From Pseudomonadota bacterium (GTDB lineage: Bacteria > Pseudomonadota > Gammaproteobacteria > Pseudomonadales > JAUIET01), in assembly GCA_039111475.1 (NCBI GenBank), contig JBCCIP010000008.1, positions 15,273 through 79,272 of the forward strand: 64,000 nucleotides of DNA. Direction: 5' to 3'. Position numbers and translations under genes: made by a program. Shown here piece by piece: positions 1 through 9,907 of the stretch. Position 1 is the stretch's first letter. Every line of letters starts with the position of its first letter. Under the pieces are notes generated by a model. It ran no database searches and was not told the origin of the DNA. It was given only the letters and a program-made list of their open reading frames with translations.

Positions 1-298
1 TGATGTCGTGGATAGGTGGCGCCGATAAGCCTGGGCCTACAACTAAGGCAATGATGGCAAGAGGCACCAGGCCAATCAGCATCATTTGTACAGCAGAACC
101 TCTGGCGCCACTATTGCCTCGCACAAGGCCCCAAAGCAATGCTAGCAGGCCAAATACGCCGATCAACACTACCACTAGCAGTGCCAAACCAAAACCGGGG
201 AAAGCGATACCAAAGGGCAACACACCGAGCTTTTGACCCAACATGGCAATAACGGCAACCACAATGGCGATAATCTGGAGTTTGCTTGTTTTACTCAT
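1..298 (-). CDS. DUF1499-family membrane protein, N-terminal part (runs off the window start)
   Basis: Manual translation from ATG at 298: MSKTSKLQIIAIVVAVIAMLGQKLG...VGPGLSAPPIHDI; three hydrophobic segments followed by the PPIHDI(TTD) motif typical of DUF1499. Not in the ORF track. Confidence 0.75.
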   Translation of the reverse strand, partial: MSKTSKLQIIAIVVAVIAMLGQKLGVLPFGIAFPGFGLALLVVVLIGVFGLLALLWGLVRGNSGARGSAVQMMLIGLVPLAIIALVVGPGLSAPPIHDI

Positions 299-364
299 TA
301 TTGTTCTCTTCATTTCAAAGTGCTGGGATTATAACGTGTTTAACGCTAATAAAAGAGCAAGCGC

Positions 365-1471
365 TCAAAGTGCAGCCAATTTCTGCCGCAGGAATTGATC
401 AGAGGAATCAATGCACAAGGTAAACCAGATCGGGAAGTGGTCTGATATCTGGTTTTTGCGCCATGGGTTCTTGTAATAGCGTTTCAGAGCGGCATCATCA
501 TTGGCTAAATCCTTCTTACCACCGTACTGTTTTAACATTGATTGGCGGTAAGTCTTGAAAGAACCGTCTTGATACACAAACTGAAACGGATCAAATACGC
601 CAGCCAGCTCCACGCCTTGTACGTCTTTCTCTATCTTAAAGTAATCGTTGCGTGTCAGAAAAAAGCGATCATACGCTTCGGTCTTGGACGCGTTGGTGTC
701 CAAACCATCCAAACTGATTATCTGAAAAAAACCGGAGTCTTCAATCATCTGCACAGTTTCAGCGTCGGTATTATAGAAATTGAAATCACCGACTAAAATC
801 AAGTTTTGCGTCCAGAAGTGTCCGCGCTTTCGTTTTTCGGCGAAGGCGTCCAACAATAACTTCACTTCGTCCCGACGGTAGGCAAGATCGTCCTTAGAAT
901 CACCTGGATGCAAATGCAGGTTGATCATAGCAAACGATTTCCAACCCGCCTGAAACCCGGTGATGTAGGGCGTGCGTTTCAACTGCTTCACTTTACGGTC
1001 TTTTGTGAGTTCATCCCATAAAGTGATCTCGCCGGCAAGCCCGGCCAGCTTGACGCGATCACGATTAAATAAATAGGCACCTCGTTCCGCATTCCCATCA
1101 CGACCGTTGGTCACATCATTGATCACATACGCCCAGCCGTCGCCAAGCAAGCGCATCAAAATATCCAAATCTACGAGCGTGGATTTGATTTCTTGTACGG
1201 CAACCAGATCAAACGCCGAGATGGTCTCAGCGATGTAAAAATACGCTTCGTTCAAGCGCTGTGTGGTGTGGCCAAACTCCTTGATGTTCCAGCTCGCAAC
1301 CAATAAGTTATTATCGGTTTTTTTAGTCGCCACTTCGCTCAGACCGGCGCGCAACCGCAATAAGCCTGAGATAGTGCGCCTCTTTTCAGTGACGCCCATT
1401 TTTGGGAATACCAACGGGTAGCCACGCTCTTCGTAATCCGCCGTAGGCCTCAGATCATGATAATTTGGCAT
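365..1471 (-). CDS. Endonuclease/exonuclease/phosphatase (DNase I-like EEP) family protein
   Basis: Motifs ASWNI, AVQEI, VGDFN, YDRFF, SDHFPIW. Confidence 0.9.
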   Translation of the reverse strand: MPNYHDLRPTADYEERGYPLVFPKMGVTEKRRTISGLLRLRAGLSEVATKKTDNNLLVASWNIKEFGHTTQRLNEAYFYIAETISAFDLVAVQEIKSTLVDLDILMRLLGDGWAYVINDVTNGRDGNAERGAYLFNRDRVKLAGLAGEITLWDELTKDRKVKQLKRTPYITGFQAGWKSFAMINLHLHPGDSKDDLAYRRDEVKLLLDAFAEKRKRGHFWTQNLILVGDFNFYNTDAETVQMIEDSGFFQIISLDGLDTNASKTEAYDRFFLTRNDYFKIEKDVQGVELAGVFDPFQFVYQDGSFKTYRQSMLKQYGGKKDLANDDAALKRYYKNPWRKNQISDHFPIWFTLCIDSSDQFLRQKLAAL

Positions 1472-1474
1472 GGT

Positions 1475-2263
1475 CTATTTTCCGTCAAGTAAGCGGCCTA
1501 TCCCGCCAAGTACTGATCCTTCTCCTTGATCAGAACCGCCATGAGAGGGTGCGCTTTCAATGACCCGGTCCGCCAGCCTGGAAAATGGCAGGCTCTGAAT
1601 CCAAACAGTCCCAGTGCCTCGCACCGTGGCAAGGAATAACCCTTCCCCGCCAAAGAACATGCTTCTTAAGCCTTTAACGCGTTGCACATCGTAGTCTATA
1701 CCGGATGTAAACGCGACGAGGCAACCCGTATCCAGGCGCAGTGTTTCATTAGAGAGTGTACGCTCCACAACCGTACCGCCAGCATGGACGAAAGCCATAC
1801 CGTCGCCTTGTAGACGTTGCAAGATAAAGCCTTCACCACCGAAGAAGCCCGCACCCAGCTTACGATTAAATGCGATGTCGATTTTTGTACCTCTGGCCGC
1901 ACAGAGAAACGCATCTTTTTGACAAGTGATCTGACCATCAAATTTGGCAAGATCAAGCGGCAACACTGTGCCTGGAAAGGGTGCGGCAAAGGCAACTCGT
2001 TTTTTTCCTGAACCTTGATTGATAAAGTGCGTCATGAATAGGGACTCACCCATAGCCATTCGCTTACCCGCGTTGAACAGCTTACCCATAAATCCGGAAT
2101 CGGCTTCCGAGCCGTCACCCATGCGCGCTTCATACTCAATACCATCCTCCAGATAGTTCATGGCCCCCGCTTCAGCAACAACTGTTTCGCCAGGGTCCAG
2201 CTCTACCTCAACCATCTGCATGCTATCGCCAATTATCTCGAAATCGATTTCATCGCACCGCAT
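1475..2263 (-). CDS. TIGR00266 / AIM24 family protein
   Basis: [53 protein letters not shown] at 2263 follows an AAAGGA RBS (track starts at 2269). Confidence 0.92.
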   Translation of the reverse strand: MRCDEIDFEIIGDSMQMVEVELDPGETVVAEAGAMNYLEDGIEYEARMGDGSEADSGFMGKLFNAGKRMAMGESLFMTHFINQGSGKKRVAFAAPFPGTVLPLDLAKFDGQITCQKDAFLCAARGTKIDIAFNRKLGAGFFGGEGFILQRLQGDGMAFVHAGGTVVERTLSNETLRLDTGCLVAFTSGIDYDVQRVKGLRSMFFGGEGLFLATVRGTGTVWIQSLPFSRLADRVIESAPSHGGSDQGEGSVLGGIGRLLDGK

Positions 2264-2402
2264 AAACAATATTCCTTTCGCTAATAATCCGATGCATAGA
2301 ATACCGCTTCTTTGCCAGTCCTAACAGCTTTGCAACGACACAAGCCGCTTACAGAGATTTTCCTTGTGCTAGACTCGCAGACAGATCGCTGGAGGCAAAA
2401 TC

Positions 2403-2870
2403 GTGAACTCAGAATTCCAACAAGCGCTCAATTTACCGCCGATGGATCAAGTCGGCTTTGTCTTTAAAGACATTGAAGCGGCAATCGAAAAGTACGAACC
2501 CTTGTTTGGCCCATTCAAGCGCATGGACCCAGGCCCCTATGACTATGTATTTCGCGGCCAGTCCGAGCCTGCGGAGGTAAAACTGGCGTTTGGCAAGAGT
2601 GGCGAGATTGAAATTGAGCTTATCGAATGGGTTTCGGGCGGCACACCGCATAAGGAATTTATTGACGCGGGTTTTGAGGGTATGCATCACCTGCGTTTTA
2701 TCGTAGAAGATTTGCAAACGATCATTGAGCGTGCGAAACCCTTTGGGTACGAACCTATATGGCGTGCAGATTTTGCACCGGGTTTGGCGGTGGCCTACAT
2801 GGAGCGAGCGGATGACCCCTTGCTTGTCGAGTTTTTTGAGAATTCGGGTTTAGCTGACTTTAACGGGTGA
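2403..2870 (+). CDS. VOC / glyoxalase family protein (methylmalonyl-CoA epimerase-like)
   Basis: DQVGFVFKDIE, EIELIE, GMHHL, terminal VEFFE metal-binding pattern; GGAGG RBS. Confidence 0.85.
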   Translation: MNSEFQQALNLPPMDQVGFVFKDIEAAIEKYEPLFGPFKRMDPGPYDYVFRGQSEPAEVKLAFGKSGEIEIELIEWVSGGTPHKEFIDAGFEGMHHLRFIVEDLQTIIERAKPFGYEPIWRADFAPGLAVAYMERADDPLLVEFFENSGLADFNG

Positions 2871-2964
2871 CCAAACCGACGCTGATGCGACGTGGACCGG
2901 GAACATCAGCTGCCCAGCGTTGTCACATACGCCATGAAAATATCACTGACCCAGGACCACCACC

Positions 2965-3438
2965 ATGAGCGATGAATCACGCCCTCCTTTCCCTCCATTT
3001 AATGAGGAAACTGCAGCGAAAAAGGTGCGCATGGCAGAAGACGGCTGGAATGGTCGCAATCCGGAGAAAGTGGCTATGGCCTACACGGCTAACAGCCGAT
3101 GGCGCAATCGCAATGAATTTCCTGTGGGCCGCGAACAAATCAAAGCGTTTCTTCAAAACAAATGGCAACGTGAAAACGAATACAGGCTAATCAAGGAGTT
3201 GTGGGCGTTTGAAGGAAATCGCATAGCTGTGCGCTTTGCCTACGAGTGGCATGATGATAACGGCCAATGGTATCGCTCGTACGGTAACGAAAACTGGCAG
3301 TTTGATGATCAGGGTTTAATGGCTGAACGTCACGCCAGCATCAATGACCTGGCCATAGCTGAAAGTGAACGAAAGTTCCGTTGGCCACAAGGTCGACGAC
3401 CCGATGATCACCCTGGCTTGAGTGATCTTGGTTTATAA
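2965..3438 (+). CDS. DUF1348 / NTF2 (SnoaL-like) family protein
   Basis: [37 protein letters not shown]. Confidence 0.92.
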   Translation: MSDESRPPFPPFNEETAAKKVRMAEDGWNGRNPEKVAMAYTANSRWRNRNEFPVGREQIKAFLQNKWQRENEYRLIKELWAFEGNRIAVRFAYEWHDDNGQWYRSYGNENWQFDDQGLMAERHASINDLAIAESERKFRWPQGRRPDDHPGLSDLGL

Positions 3439-3445
3439 AGCAATT

Positions 3446-4306
3446 CTAACCAGCGACGTTCTGTAGAAAGGCCTTCGCCATTCCATCAAGCATGTGCAGC
3501 TTCTGAGACACTGGCACAATGTGATCGGGAAAGCCTAAAAAAGTGCCGGTGGCGCCCTGCTCCACATACTCATACATTTGTTCGGCCGAAGGGAAATCAT
3601 TCATTGCCAGAATAATGTCAAACTCTTCATCACTGCGACCATACGACTCTCGTGAGTCCTTGAGGTGTTTGAAGATGGTTGGCATCTCTTCCGGATTGTT
3701 TCCGTTGCCCATCCAGCCTTGAGCGACCCGGCCTGCTCTCCACAGCGCGGGTTTACTTGCACCACCAATTATAATTGGCACGCGTTGGGAGGGTGCGGGC
3801 GCGATCTGCAAAGGGTCGAAATTAAAAAATTCGCCATGGTACTCCACATAGCCGCCGTCCCAAATCAGGTTTAGCACGTCGATACATTCGTTCATGCGTT
3901 TGCCGCGTGTTTTGAAATCAACACCGTAAGTGGCAAACTCTTCTGGCATCCAGCCTACACCTGCACCCAGTATCAGGCGGTTGCCACTAATGTTAGCAAC
4001 GGTTCCGGTTGCCTTCGCCACTTCTATTGGGTTGCGCAGCGGTAACACGTAAACGGCAGTGGAAAATTTTATGTTGCTGGTCACCGCACTCATTGCCGCA
4101 ATGGACGTCCAAACATCGGGATACGGCATGCTGCCGTCAATGGGTGGCGCACCGTCTTTCGTATATGGGTACTTAGAGACCATTGATTTGGGTACAAATC
4201 CATGGTCTGCGCCCATCAACCCATAGAAACCGAGGTCGTCCGCGTGCTTGGCAATCTGGATCATTTCCTCAACCGGTGTCCAGGGTACGATCAGCCAGTA
4301 TTTCAT
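3446..4306 (-). CDS. LLM-class (luciferase-like) putative F420-dependent oxidoreductase
   Basis: ADH..P...SKYPY, PLRNPIEVAK, GRLILGAGVGWMPEEF, PIIIGG. Confidence 0.88.
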   Translation of the reverse strand: MKYWLIVPWTPVEEMIQIAKHADDLGFYGLMGADHGFVPKSMVSKYPYTKDGAPPIDGSMPYPDVWTSIAAMSAVTSNIKFSTAVYVLPLRNPIEVAKATGTVANISGNRLILGAGVGWMPEEFATYGVDFKTRGKRMNECIDVLNLIWDGGYVEYHGEFFNFDPLQIAPAPSQRVPIIIGGASKPALWRAGRVAQGWMGNGNNPEEMPTIFKHLKDSRESYGRSDEEFDIILAMNDFPSAEQMYEYVEQGATGTFLGFPDHIVPVSQKLHMLDGMAKAFLQNVAG

Positions 4307-4375
4307 TGTTGTTTTCCTGTACGCTACCGTTGTACCTTATCACTCGCTATTGATGATACAAGTTAGGAAAAAACA

Positions 4376-5215
4376 ATGAAGTATGGTATTTGCACCTTCT
4401 CCACGGATTACTCGATGCCCACCGCAGCACTTGGCCCGGCGATGGAAGAACGCGGGTTTGAATCTCTATGGCTGGCCGAGCATTCACACATGCCTGCAAG
4501 TCGCAAATCACCTTGGCCAGGCGGCGCTGATCTCCCGCAGATGTATTACGACACATTGGATCCTTTTGTTGCGTTAACTGCTGCTGCAGTGAATACCTCC
4601 AAATTGAAACTGGCCACTGGCATTGCGTTGGTTATTCAGCGCGACCCAATTCATCTGGCCAAGGAAGTGGCCAGCCTGGATATTGTGTCACAAGGCCGGT
4701 TTATGCTGGGTGTTGGTGCTGGTTGGAACCTGGAAGAAATGAGCGACCACGGCACAGACCCTAAAACGCGTTTTCGTCGTATGCGCGAAACCATTGAAGC
4801 CATGCAAGCATTGTGGAGCAATGAGATTGCTGAGTATCACGGCAAGTTGATTGATTTCGACCCCACTTACCAGAACCCCAAGCCGGTACAAAAACCGTAT
4901 CCTCCGGTTCATGTTGGCGGCTCTTTCCCAGGTGCGATACGTCGTGCAATCAGTTATGGAAACGGGTGGATGCCTATTTGGGGTAGGGCCACGGAAGGTT
5001 TTGCTCAGCAACTGAGCGCACTGGATGAAGCCTGTAAAGAAGCCGGTCGCGACCGCTCAGAGATAGAAGTGTCAGTGTACTACGCGCCAGAAGATTCAGA
5101 TACGATTAGCGCGTTGATTGATATGGGCGTGGACAGATTGGTGTTTGGCTTGCCGTCTGTCAATGAAGATCAGACGCTGTCTTTTCTGGATGGGTTCCAG
5201 AAATTGTTTCAATAG
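4376..5215 (+). CDS. LLM-class putative F420-dependent oxidoreductase (Rv2161c/TIGR03619-like)
   Basis: GFESLWLAEHSH, DPFVAL, QRDPIHLAKEVASLD, GAGWNLEEM, PKPVQKP. Confidence 0.9.
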   Translation: MKYGICTFSTDYSMPTAALGPAMEERGFESLWLAEHSHMPASRKSPWPGGADLPQMYYDTLDPFVALTAAAVNTSKLKLATGIALVIQRDPIHLAKEVASLDIVSQGRFMLGVGAGWNLEEMSDHGTDPKTRFRRMRETIEAMQALWSNEIAEYHGKLIDFDPTYQNPKPVQKPYPPVHVGGSFPGAIRRAISYGNGWMPIWGRATEGFAQQLSALDEACKEAGRDRSEIEVSVYYAPEDSDTISALIDMGVDRLVFGLPSVNEDQTLSFLDGFQKLFQ

Positions 5216-5988
5216 CCTACGGTAAATCGCTGCTGAACAAACTTGGCGTTATCCAGTTCGTCTACGGTGGCTATCGCAAGATCGCGCACATAAATTGAAT
5301 TTTCACCTTCGTTGTCCACGACTAACTCTGTGAGTGAGGTGCGGTAAGCACCCATACTGGTATCAGGGTCTTTGATTTTTCTTGGCGTCCAGCCGAGAAT
5401 TTTCACCGGTGGTGTGACAACCGTCCAGTTGATATCGCTGGCAAGATAAGTGTCCAGAGCAACTCTATGGCCAAACAGCATTGCGTGCATTGGTGAGCCC
5501 GGTTTGGCACGAAACGGCATGTTTTCCAACATTGCATCAGCGTCACCAAACATGGTGCTTGCACCGCCAATTTGAATCACCCTAGGCGCGTTCTCCATAT
5601 CCGATAACACGCTTACCATGTGTTGGGCACCCACCGCATGAACCGTGGTCTCCGGCAGGTTCCCCTCGCCAGTGCCAGCCACAGAAATAACAATTGCATC
5701 CACTGTTTTCGCCAGCGTAAGCACCGAGTCGCGGTCGGTTAAATCGCCGCCAACAGCAAGAAAACCTGGCGCTTCAAGAGACAATGCCAGCGGGTTTCTG
5801 GAAATGCCAAACACCTGGTAACCACGCTTCAACGCCTCATCAACAATGAGACCACCAATTTTGCCGCTGGCGCCATAAACCGCGATGGATTTGCCATTTG
5901 CCGGCGCATACTCCGGATTTGAGGTGCCCGTGTTTGTGCTGCAGGCAACCACGCTTACAAGCACAAGAGCAGTGAGGAAACGCAACAT
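5209..5988 (-). CDS. NAD(P)H-binding Rossmann oxidoreductase (flavin reductase/BVR-B-like) with predicted lipoprotein signal
   Basis: GASGKIG, IGGAS, WTVVTPP, SIYVRDLAIA, RFTVGY; probable start MLRFLTALVLVSVVAC at 5988 (track start 6108 overlaps the MFS gene). Confidence 0.85.
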   Translation of the reverse strand: MLRFLTALVLVSVVACSTNTGTSNPEYAPANGKSIAVYGASGKIGGLIVDEALKRGYQVFGISRNPLALSLEAPGFLAVGGDLTDRDSVLTLAKTVDAIVISVAGTGEGNLPETTVHAVGAQHMVSVLSDMENAPRVIQIGGASTMFGDADAMLENMPFRAKPGSPMHAMLFGHRVALDTYLASDINWTVVTPPVKILGWTPRKIKDPDTSMGAYRTSLTELVVDNEGENSIYVRDLAIATVDELDNAKFVQQRFTVGY

Positions 5989-6043
5989 AAGACTCACCAA
6001 TGGCTGATCAGGCAACAATGATACGCCGTTTGCCGTAGCAGAC

Positions 6044-8125
6044 TCAATCGGAAGACCAATCTTCCGGCTTTTCGTTGATTTTCGAAGAAAGCTGCTGAAA
6101 TTCTTCATCGGCCTGGTGCAGGCTGTCTATAACTTCGGAGGCAACTTCCGGCATCACTTCAACAAGAGTAGCTGCGGCGTCTACCGCTTGGTCTGGAGCA
6201 ACTTCGCTGATTCTCGTCACAAACTCGCTGGCGGCATCCGCTTGATTAGTATCTTCGCCATGGTCGTGTGCATCTGAGAGATATTCTGCGTAGGCAGTGG
6301 CAATTTGAGGAACGGCCTCAGGGATAGCTTCTGCGAAGGTTGACGCAAATTCCACCGATTGCTCCGGCAACATTTCACTGAGCTGGCTAACTACTTCACC
6401 CGCCCACTCTTCAGAGTGTTCAGCTTCACGGTCGATCGGCCTGAGATCTTCCCTACCCTCAGATAATGAGGCTGCATATGCTTGGGCGATTTCCATCACA
6501 TCGTCCGGCGACTCAAGTACCACTGACTCCGCCGCGGCCGCAACAACGTCAACGCCTACTTCGGGTGCTGCTTTAGTAACTGCGGTTACGTAGTCATTCA
6601 GTTGCTCCGGATAGCGCTGACTGATCTCACGAATAATCGCGGCCGCATGCTCTGGTGAACCAGACGCTACGGCTTCTGCAAGCTCGAGATTCGATTTTGG
6701 TAAAGCGCCACTCATGGTATTGAATAAGCGAACGGCATTTACACCGTCAACCTGAGCGATTGACCCGGCCAACCTTGCTGCTTGGCTGGGCGACATTTGA
6801 GCCAGGGTTTTCGCAATATTAACCGCCACGCCAGGTTGCTCATCGGCAATTGACAAAGCATAACGAGCCTCCAAACCCAACATCTCTTCAGGTTCTTGAT
6901 ATTCGGAGCGTGGGTCAAGCTCGATGGCATTCCCCGTTTCATACACCATCGGTACGTAGCTTTCCTGATCTTCTATCGGTAAGGCTTCCCGCACAAACAT
7001 CCGATAAACAATCAGCAAAAGCAGCAACGCTTGCGCTGTCGCCATAAAAGTAAACAGGCTATTGGCGCCAAAGGTCTTCATCACTACTGATGCGGAGTAC
7101 GGTCCGATAATGCTGCCGAATGCGTACACAGTGATCAAACCGCCCATGGCACTGACCAGATCTTTCTGCTGAATGGTGTCAAAGGTTTGAGAAATCGCCA
7201 TCGGGTATAAGCAGGCCGATATGCCAATCATTAAAGCTACGCCAATCATCATTAGGGTCAAGCTGCCAGCCTCCGCAGACATTGGCACGCTTAGCCCACC
7301 AACCATGCAGATTACCAATAGGCCTAGCATCAGCGTTCGTCTGTCCATGCGATCAGACAGCATGCCAACCGGAAACTGCAATGCCAAAGCACCGAACACT
7401 GCCGCCCCCATGAATTGCGACAACTTCAACCCTTCGATACCGTGGTGCGATGCAAACAACGGCAACATGTTAAACCCGCCGGTGTAGAGTATTCCCGCAA
7501 ATACACAGGTAATTACTCCTAGCGGAGAACTGAGAAAGAGTTTCTTGAATGGCATAGAACCACCGTCCTCTATCGCAGGCCCTGCCGAGCGGCTCATCAC
7601 CATTGGCACGACCGACAAGGACAACATCATTCCGGCCATAACAAACAGTGTGCTGCTGCCAGGATCGGCGATGTTTAAGCCAAACTGACCAATAAAAATG
7701 GCGGTCATGATCGAGATTTGATTGGTCGCCAAAATTCGACCACGTGTTTCTTGGGTGGCCTGCCCACTCAACCAACTGTCAATGGCTGCAAAAACGCAGG
7801 CATTGCAGAAACCCATCAGCATTCTCATAAGACCCCAGAGAATGGCATGTGTATATAAACTGCAGGCTAAAATGCTGATAGCCGCTAGAGCCGCGCACGC
7901 CGCAAACACCCTGATATGACCAGCGCGGTTAATCATGGCTTTACTGTAGAGGCCACCGAACAACATACCAACAGCGTACATGGACAGCACTAGACCAATG
8001 GTGTCTGTGCTCATCTCTTCCATGCCCATTCGCACGGGCAATAGAATGCCGATCAGACCATAGGCGATCATCAACAGGAAGCCGCTGAACAGTGGCGAAA
8101 ATAATGAGGCGAGAGTACCTAACAT
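6044..8125 (-). CDS. MFS transporter (YcaD-like) with long C-terminal repeat extension
   Basis: 12 hydrophobic segments, RAGHIRVF, GMLSDRMDRR, ELDPR; then about 280 aa of acidic, Ala-rich repeats. Confidence 0.9.
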   Translation of the reverse strand: MLGTLASLFSPLFSGFLLMIAYGLIGILLPVRMGMEEMSTDTIGLVLSMYAVGMLFGGLYSKAMINRAGHIRVFAACAALAAISILACSLYTHAILWGLMRMLMGFCNACVFAAIDSWLSGQATQETRGRILATNQISIMTAIFIGQFGLNIADPGSSTLFVMAGMMLSLSVVPMVMSRSAGPAIEDGGSMPFKKLFLSSPLGVITCVFAGILYTGGFNMLPLFASHHGIEGLKLSQFMGAAVFGALALQFPVGMLSDRMDRRTLMLGLLVICMVGGLSVPMSAEAGSLTLMMIGVALMIGISACLYPMAISQTFDTIQQKDLVSAMGGLITVYAFGSIIGPYSASVVMKTFGANSLFTFMATAQALLLLLIVYRMFVREALPIEDQESYVPMVYETGNAIELDPRSEYQEPEEMLGLEARYALSIADEQPGVAVNIAKTLAQMSPSQAARLAGSIAQVDGVNAVRLFNTMSGALPKSNLELAEAVASGSPEHAAAIIREISQRYPEQLNDYVTAVTKAAPEVGVDVVAAAAESVVLESPDDVMEIAQAYAASLSEGREDLRPIDREAEHSEEWAGEVVSQLSEMLPEQSVEFASTFAEAIPEAVPQIATAYAEYLSDAHDHGEDTNQADAASEFVTRISEVAPDQAVDAAATLVEVMPEVASEVIDSLHQADEEFQQLSSKINEKPEDWSSD
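6110..6835 (-). repeat. About 13 imperfect 15-residue helical protein repeats in the MFS C-terminal tail
   Basis: PGVAVNIAKTLAQMS / PSQAARLAGSIAQVD / PKSNLELAEAVASGS / PEHAAAIIREISQRY / PEQLNDYVTAVTKAA / PEQSVEFASTFAEAI / PEAVPQIATAYAEYL / PDQAVDAAATLVEVM / PEVASEVIDSLHQAD. Confidence 0.8.
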
Positions 8126-8290
8126 TGGAAAACTCTAAGCAGGTGTTGAGCCGTCAATATTGACCGCGGGCGCGCAATTTAGTGCCCATAAGACCGCCCG
8201 TCAAGCTCGATTTGACTGTGGGAATTCCGTTTTAGTGTAGTGCAGTGTTAGGCCTTTATACAAAACCTAAAAGAGTATATGTATGCGGCT

Positions 8291-8797
8291 TTAATTGGAC
8301 CGGGAATCGAGCAATTCTTGTTCATCATCAAGGCGTTCTACCAGTTCTTCGAGCAGCTCATACAAAAGCTCCAACTTGCCATATCCAAAACGCTCCGTAA
8401 TGCGGTTGTAACGCTCTGCAGAACGCGGCGCAATTCGTTTAAACAGGTCTTTACCACTGGCGCTTAGTACAATCATAGAGCTGCGCTGGTCCCCAGCAAC
8501 GGCTTTGCGGCTGACAAACTCTCGCGCTTCAAGGTTTTGCACAATACGCGACAAGCTCGGCATCAACAAAAAACAGTTCTCAGCAAGCTTACCCAATGGC
8601 TGCTCACCATGTTGCTCCAACGAACGAATGACTCTCCACTGTTGCGGGGTAAGACCAAACTCCTTCAATGACGGGATGAATTCCTTCATAACCGCTTCCC
8701 TGGCTCGCAACAGAGACATTGGCAAAGATCGATCGAACCCTCTCAGGTTGGCGGGTCGCTCGCGTTTCGGCAGTTGTTTAATGGCCGCAGATTTCAT
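8291..8797 (-). CDS. hpaR: Homoprotocatechuate degradation regulator, MarR family
   Basis: SLPMSLLRAREAVM, LTPQQWRVIR, LMPSLSRI, DQR; adjacent to hpa genes. Confidence 0.92.
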   Translation of the reverse strand: MKSAAIKQLPKRERPANLRGFDRSLPMSLLRAREAVMKEFIPSLKEFGLTPQQWRVIRSLEQHGEQPLGKLAENCFLLMPSLSRIVQNLEAREFVSRKAVAGDQRSSMIVLSASGKDLFKRIAPRSAERYNRITERFGYGKLELLYELLEELVERLDDEQELLDSRSN

Positions 8798-8818
8798 TGT
8801 GAAGTCTTGTTGCTTGAT

Positions 8819-9685
8819 CTATTCATCGAGTGGTTCATCAATAACTCCGTTGCATAGAGTACCTATGCCTTGCACGCTCACCTCTACGATATCGCCAGGT
8901 ACAAGATACTTTGGTGGATCAAACCGTGCACCTGCACCATTAGGTGTGCCAGTGGCAATCACGTCGCCTGGTTTCAGCAAGTAGAACTGTGACAGATAGC
9001 TAATGATGTATTTGATGGGAAACATCATGCTCGCGGTAGTGTCGTTTTGCCGCTCTTCGCCATTCACGTTTGTAACAACGCGCATGTCTTCATAATCGGA
9101 TGCTACGAATTCATCAGCAGTCACTATCCACGGACCAATTGAGCCGGAGTGCACAAAGTTCTTACCCTGGGTTACATTGAACTTGGCGTGACGGACCCAG
9201 TCGCGCAAGGTGCCTTCGTTCATAATAGTCAGCCCTGCAATGTGATCGTAGGCATTTTCCTCAGAAATGCGCCTTCCCCCCTTGCCAATCACTACAACAA
9301 TCTCGCCTTCGTAATCCAGTTTGTCAGACTCAGGCGGGCGCCACAGTGGTTGATCGTGGGCCGTTAAAGAGTCGGGAGTGCGCATAAAGACACTAGGGAA
9401 ATTCGGCGCCTCAGAACCATCTTTGTATTCGGCATTGCGGTTGGCGTAGTTCACACCGATACACGCTATTTTTTCAGGACGGGCTATTGGTGGCAGATAC
9501 TGGATTTCGTCCAGCGCTACATCCGCACTCAGCGCACCCGCCTGCTGTTTAGCCTGCTCCAAATGGCCGTTTTCTATTGCAGCTTGTAAATCCATATTCA
9601 TGCGTGCGCCCAGATCAACAACACCTTGATCGGTGATGGCTCCCCATGATGTGGCGTCTTTATGCTGGTAACTTACTAATCGCAT
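8819..9685 (-). CDS. Fumarylacetoacetate hydrolase family protein (HpaG-like isomerase/decarboxylase)
   Basis: CIGVNY, LDYEGE, RDW, GKNF, GPWIVT, PGDVIATGTP; ATG at 9685 after GGAGA. Confidence 0.88.
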   Translation of the reverse strand: MRLVSYQHKDATSWGAITDQGVVDLGARMNMDLQAAIENGHLEQAKQQAGALSADVALDEIQYLPPIARPEKIACIGVNYANRNAEYKDGSEAPNFPSVFMRTPDSLTAHDQPLWRPPESDKLDYEGEIVVVIGKGGRRISEENAYDHIAGLTIMNEGTLRDWVRHAKFNVTQGKNFVHSGSIGPWIVTADEFVASDYEDMRVVTNVNGEERQNDTTASMMFPIKYIISYLSQFYLLKPGDVIATGTPNGAGARFDPPKYLVPGDIVEVSVQGIGTLCNGVIDEPLDE

Positions 9686-9775
9686 CAATCTTTCTCCAAA
9701 CTCTGATGTTTCCCGCTTGCCGGTGACCTTCAAGCTGCTGGTACTGTTTTGTGCCGAGTAATTGCATATAATTAT

Positions 9776-9787
9776 TTAACATGTTAA
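9776..9787. promoter_or_regulatory. Putative HpaR operator 1
   Basis: Perfect palindrome TTAACATGTTAA between the divergent FAH/hpaR and hpaE genes; resembles the E. coli HpaR operator core as I recall it. Confidence 0.7.
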
Positions 9788-9850
9788 TCTTATTTGCAAT
9801 AGATAAATGACTTATTGACTACATTAGGCGATTTACCCACGAATAAAAGC

Positions 9851-9862
9851 TTAACGTGTTAC
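9851..9862. promoter_or_regulatory. Putative HpaR operator 2
   Basis: TTAACGTGTTAC, 2 mismatches to operator 1, 45 bp upstream of hpaE. Confidence 0.55.
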
Positions 9863-9907
9863 TAAGTTACCGATAAATAAGGGCATAGAATCCCGGGGGA
9901 TCACGCA

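Noticed and set aside
3..236. Track ORF of 77 aa on the + strand
   Set aside because: Shadow of the minus-strand DUF1499-like gene
2883..2895. 13-mer CTGATGCGACGTG also present near 52974
   Set aside because: Matches of this length are expected by chance in 64 kb and the flanks differ
8153..8164. Palindrome GTCAATATTGAC upstream of the MFS gene
   Set aside because: Single site with no candidate regulator; does not match the HpaR-type operators
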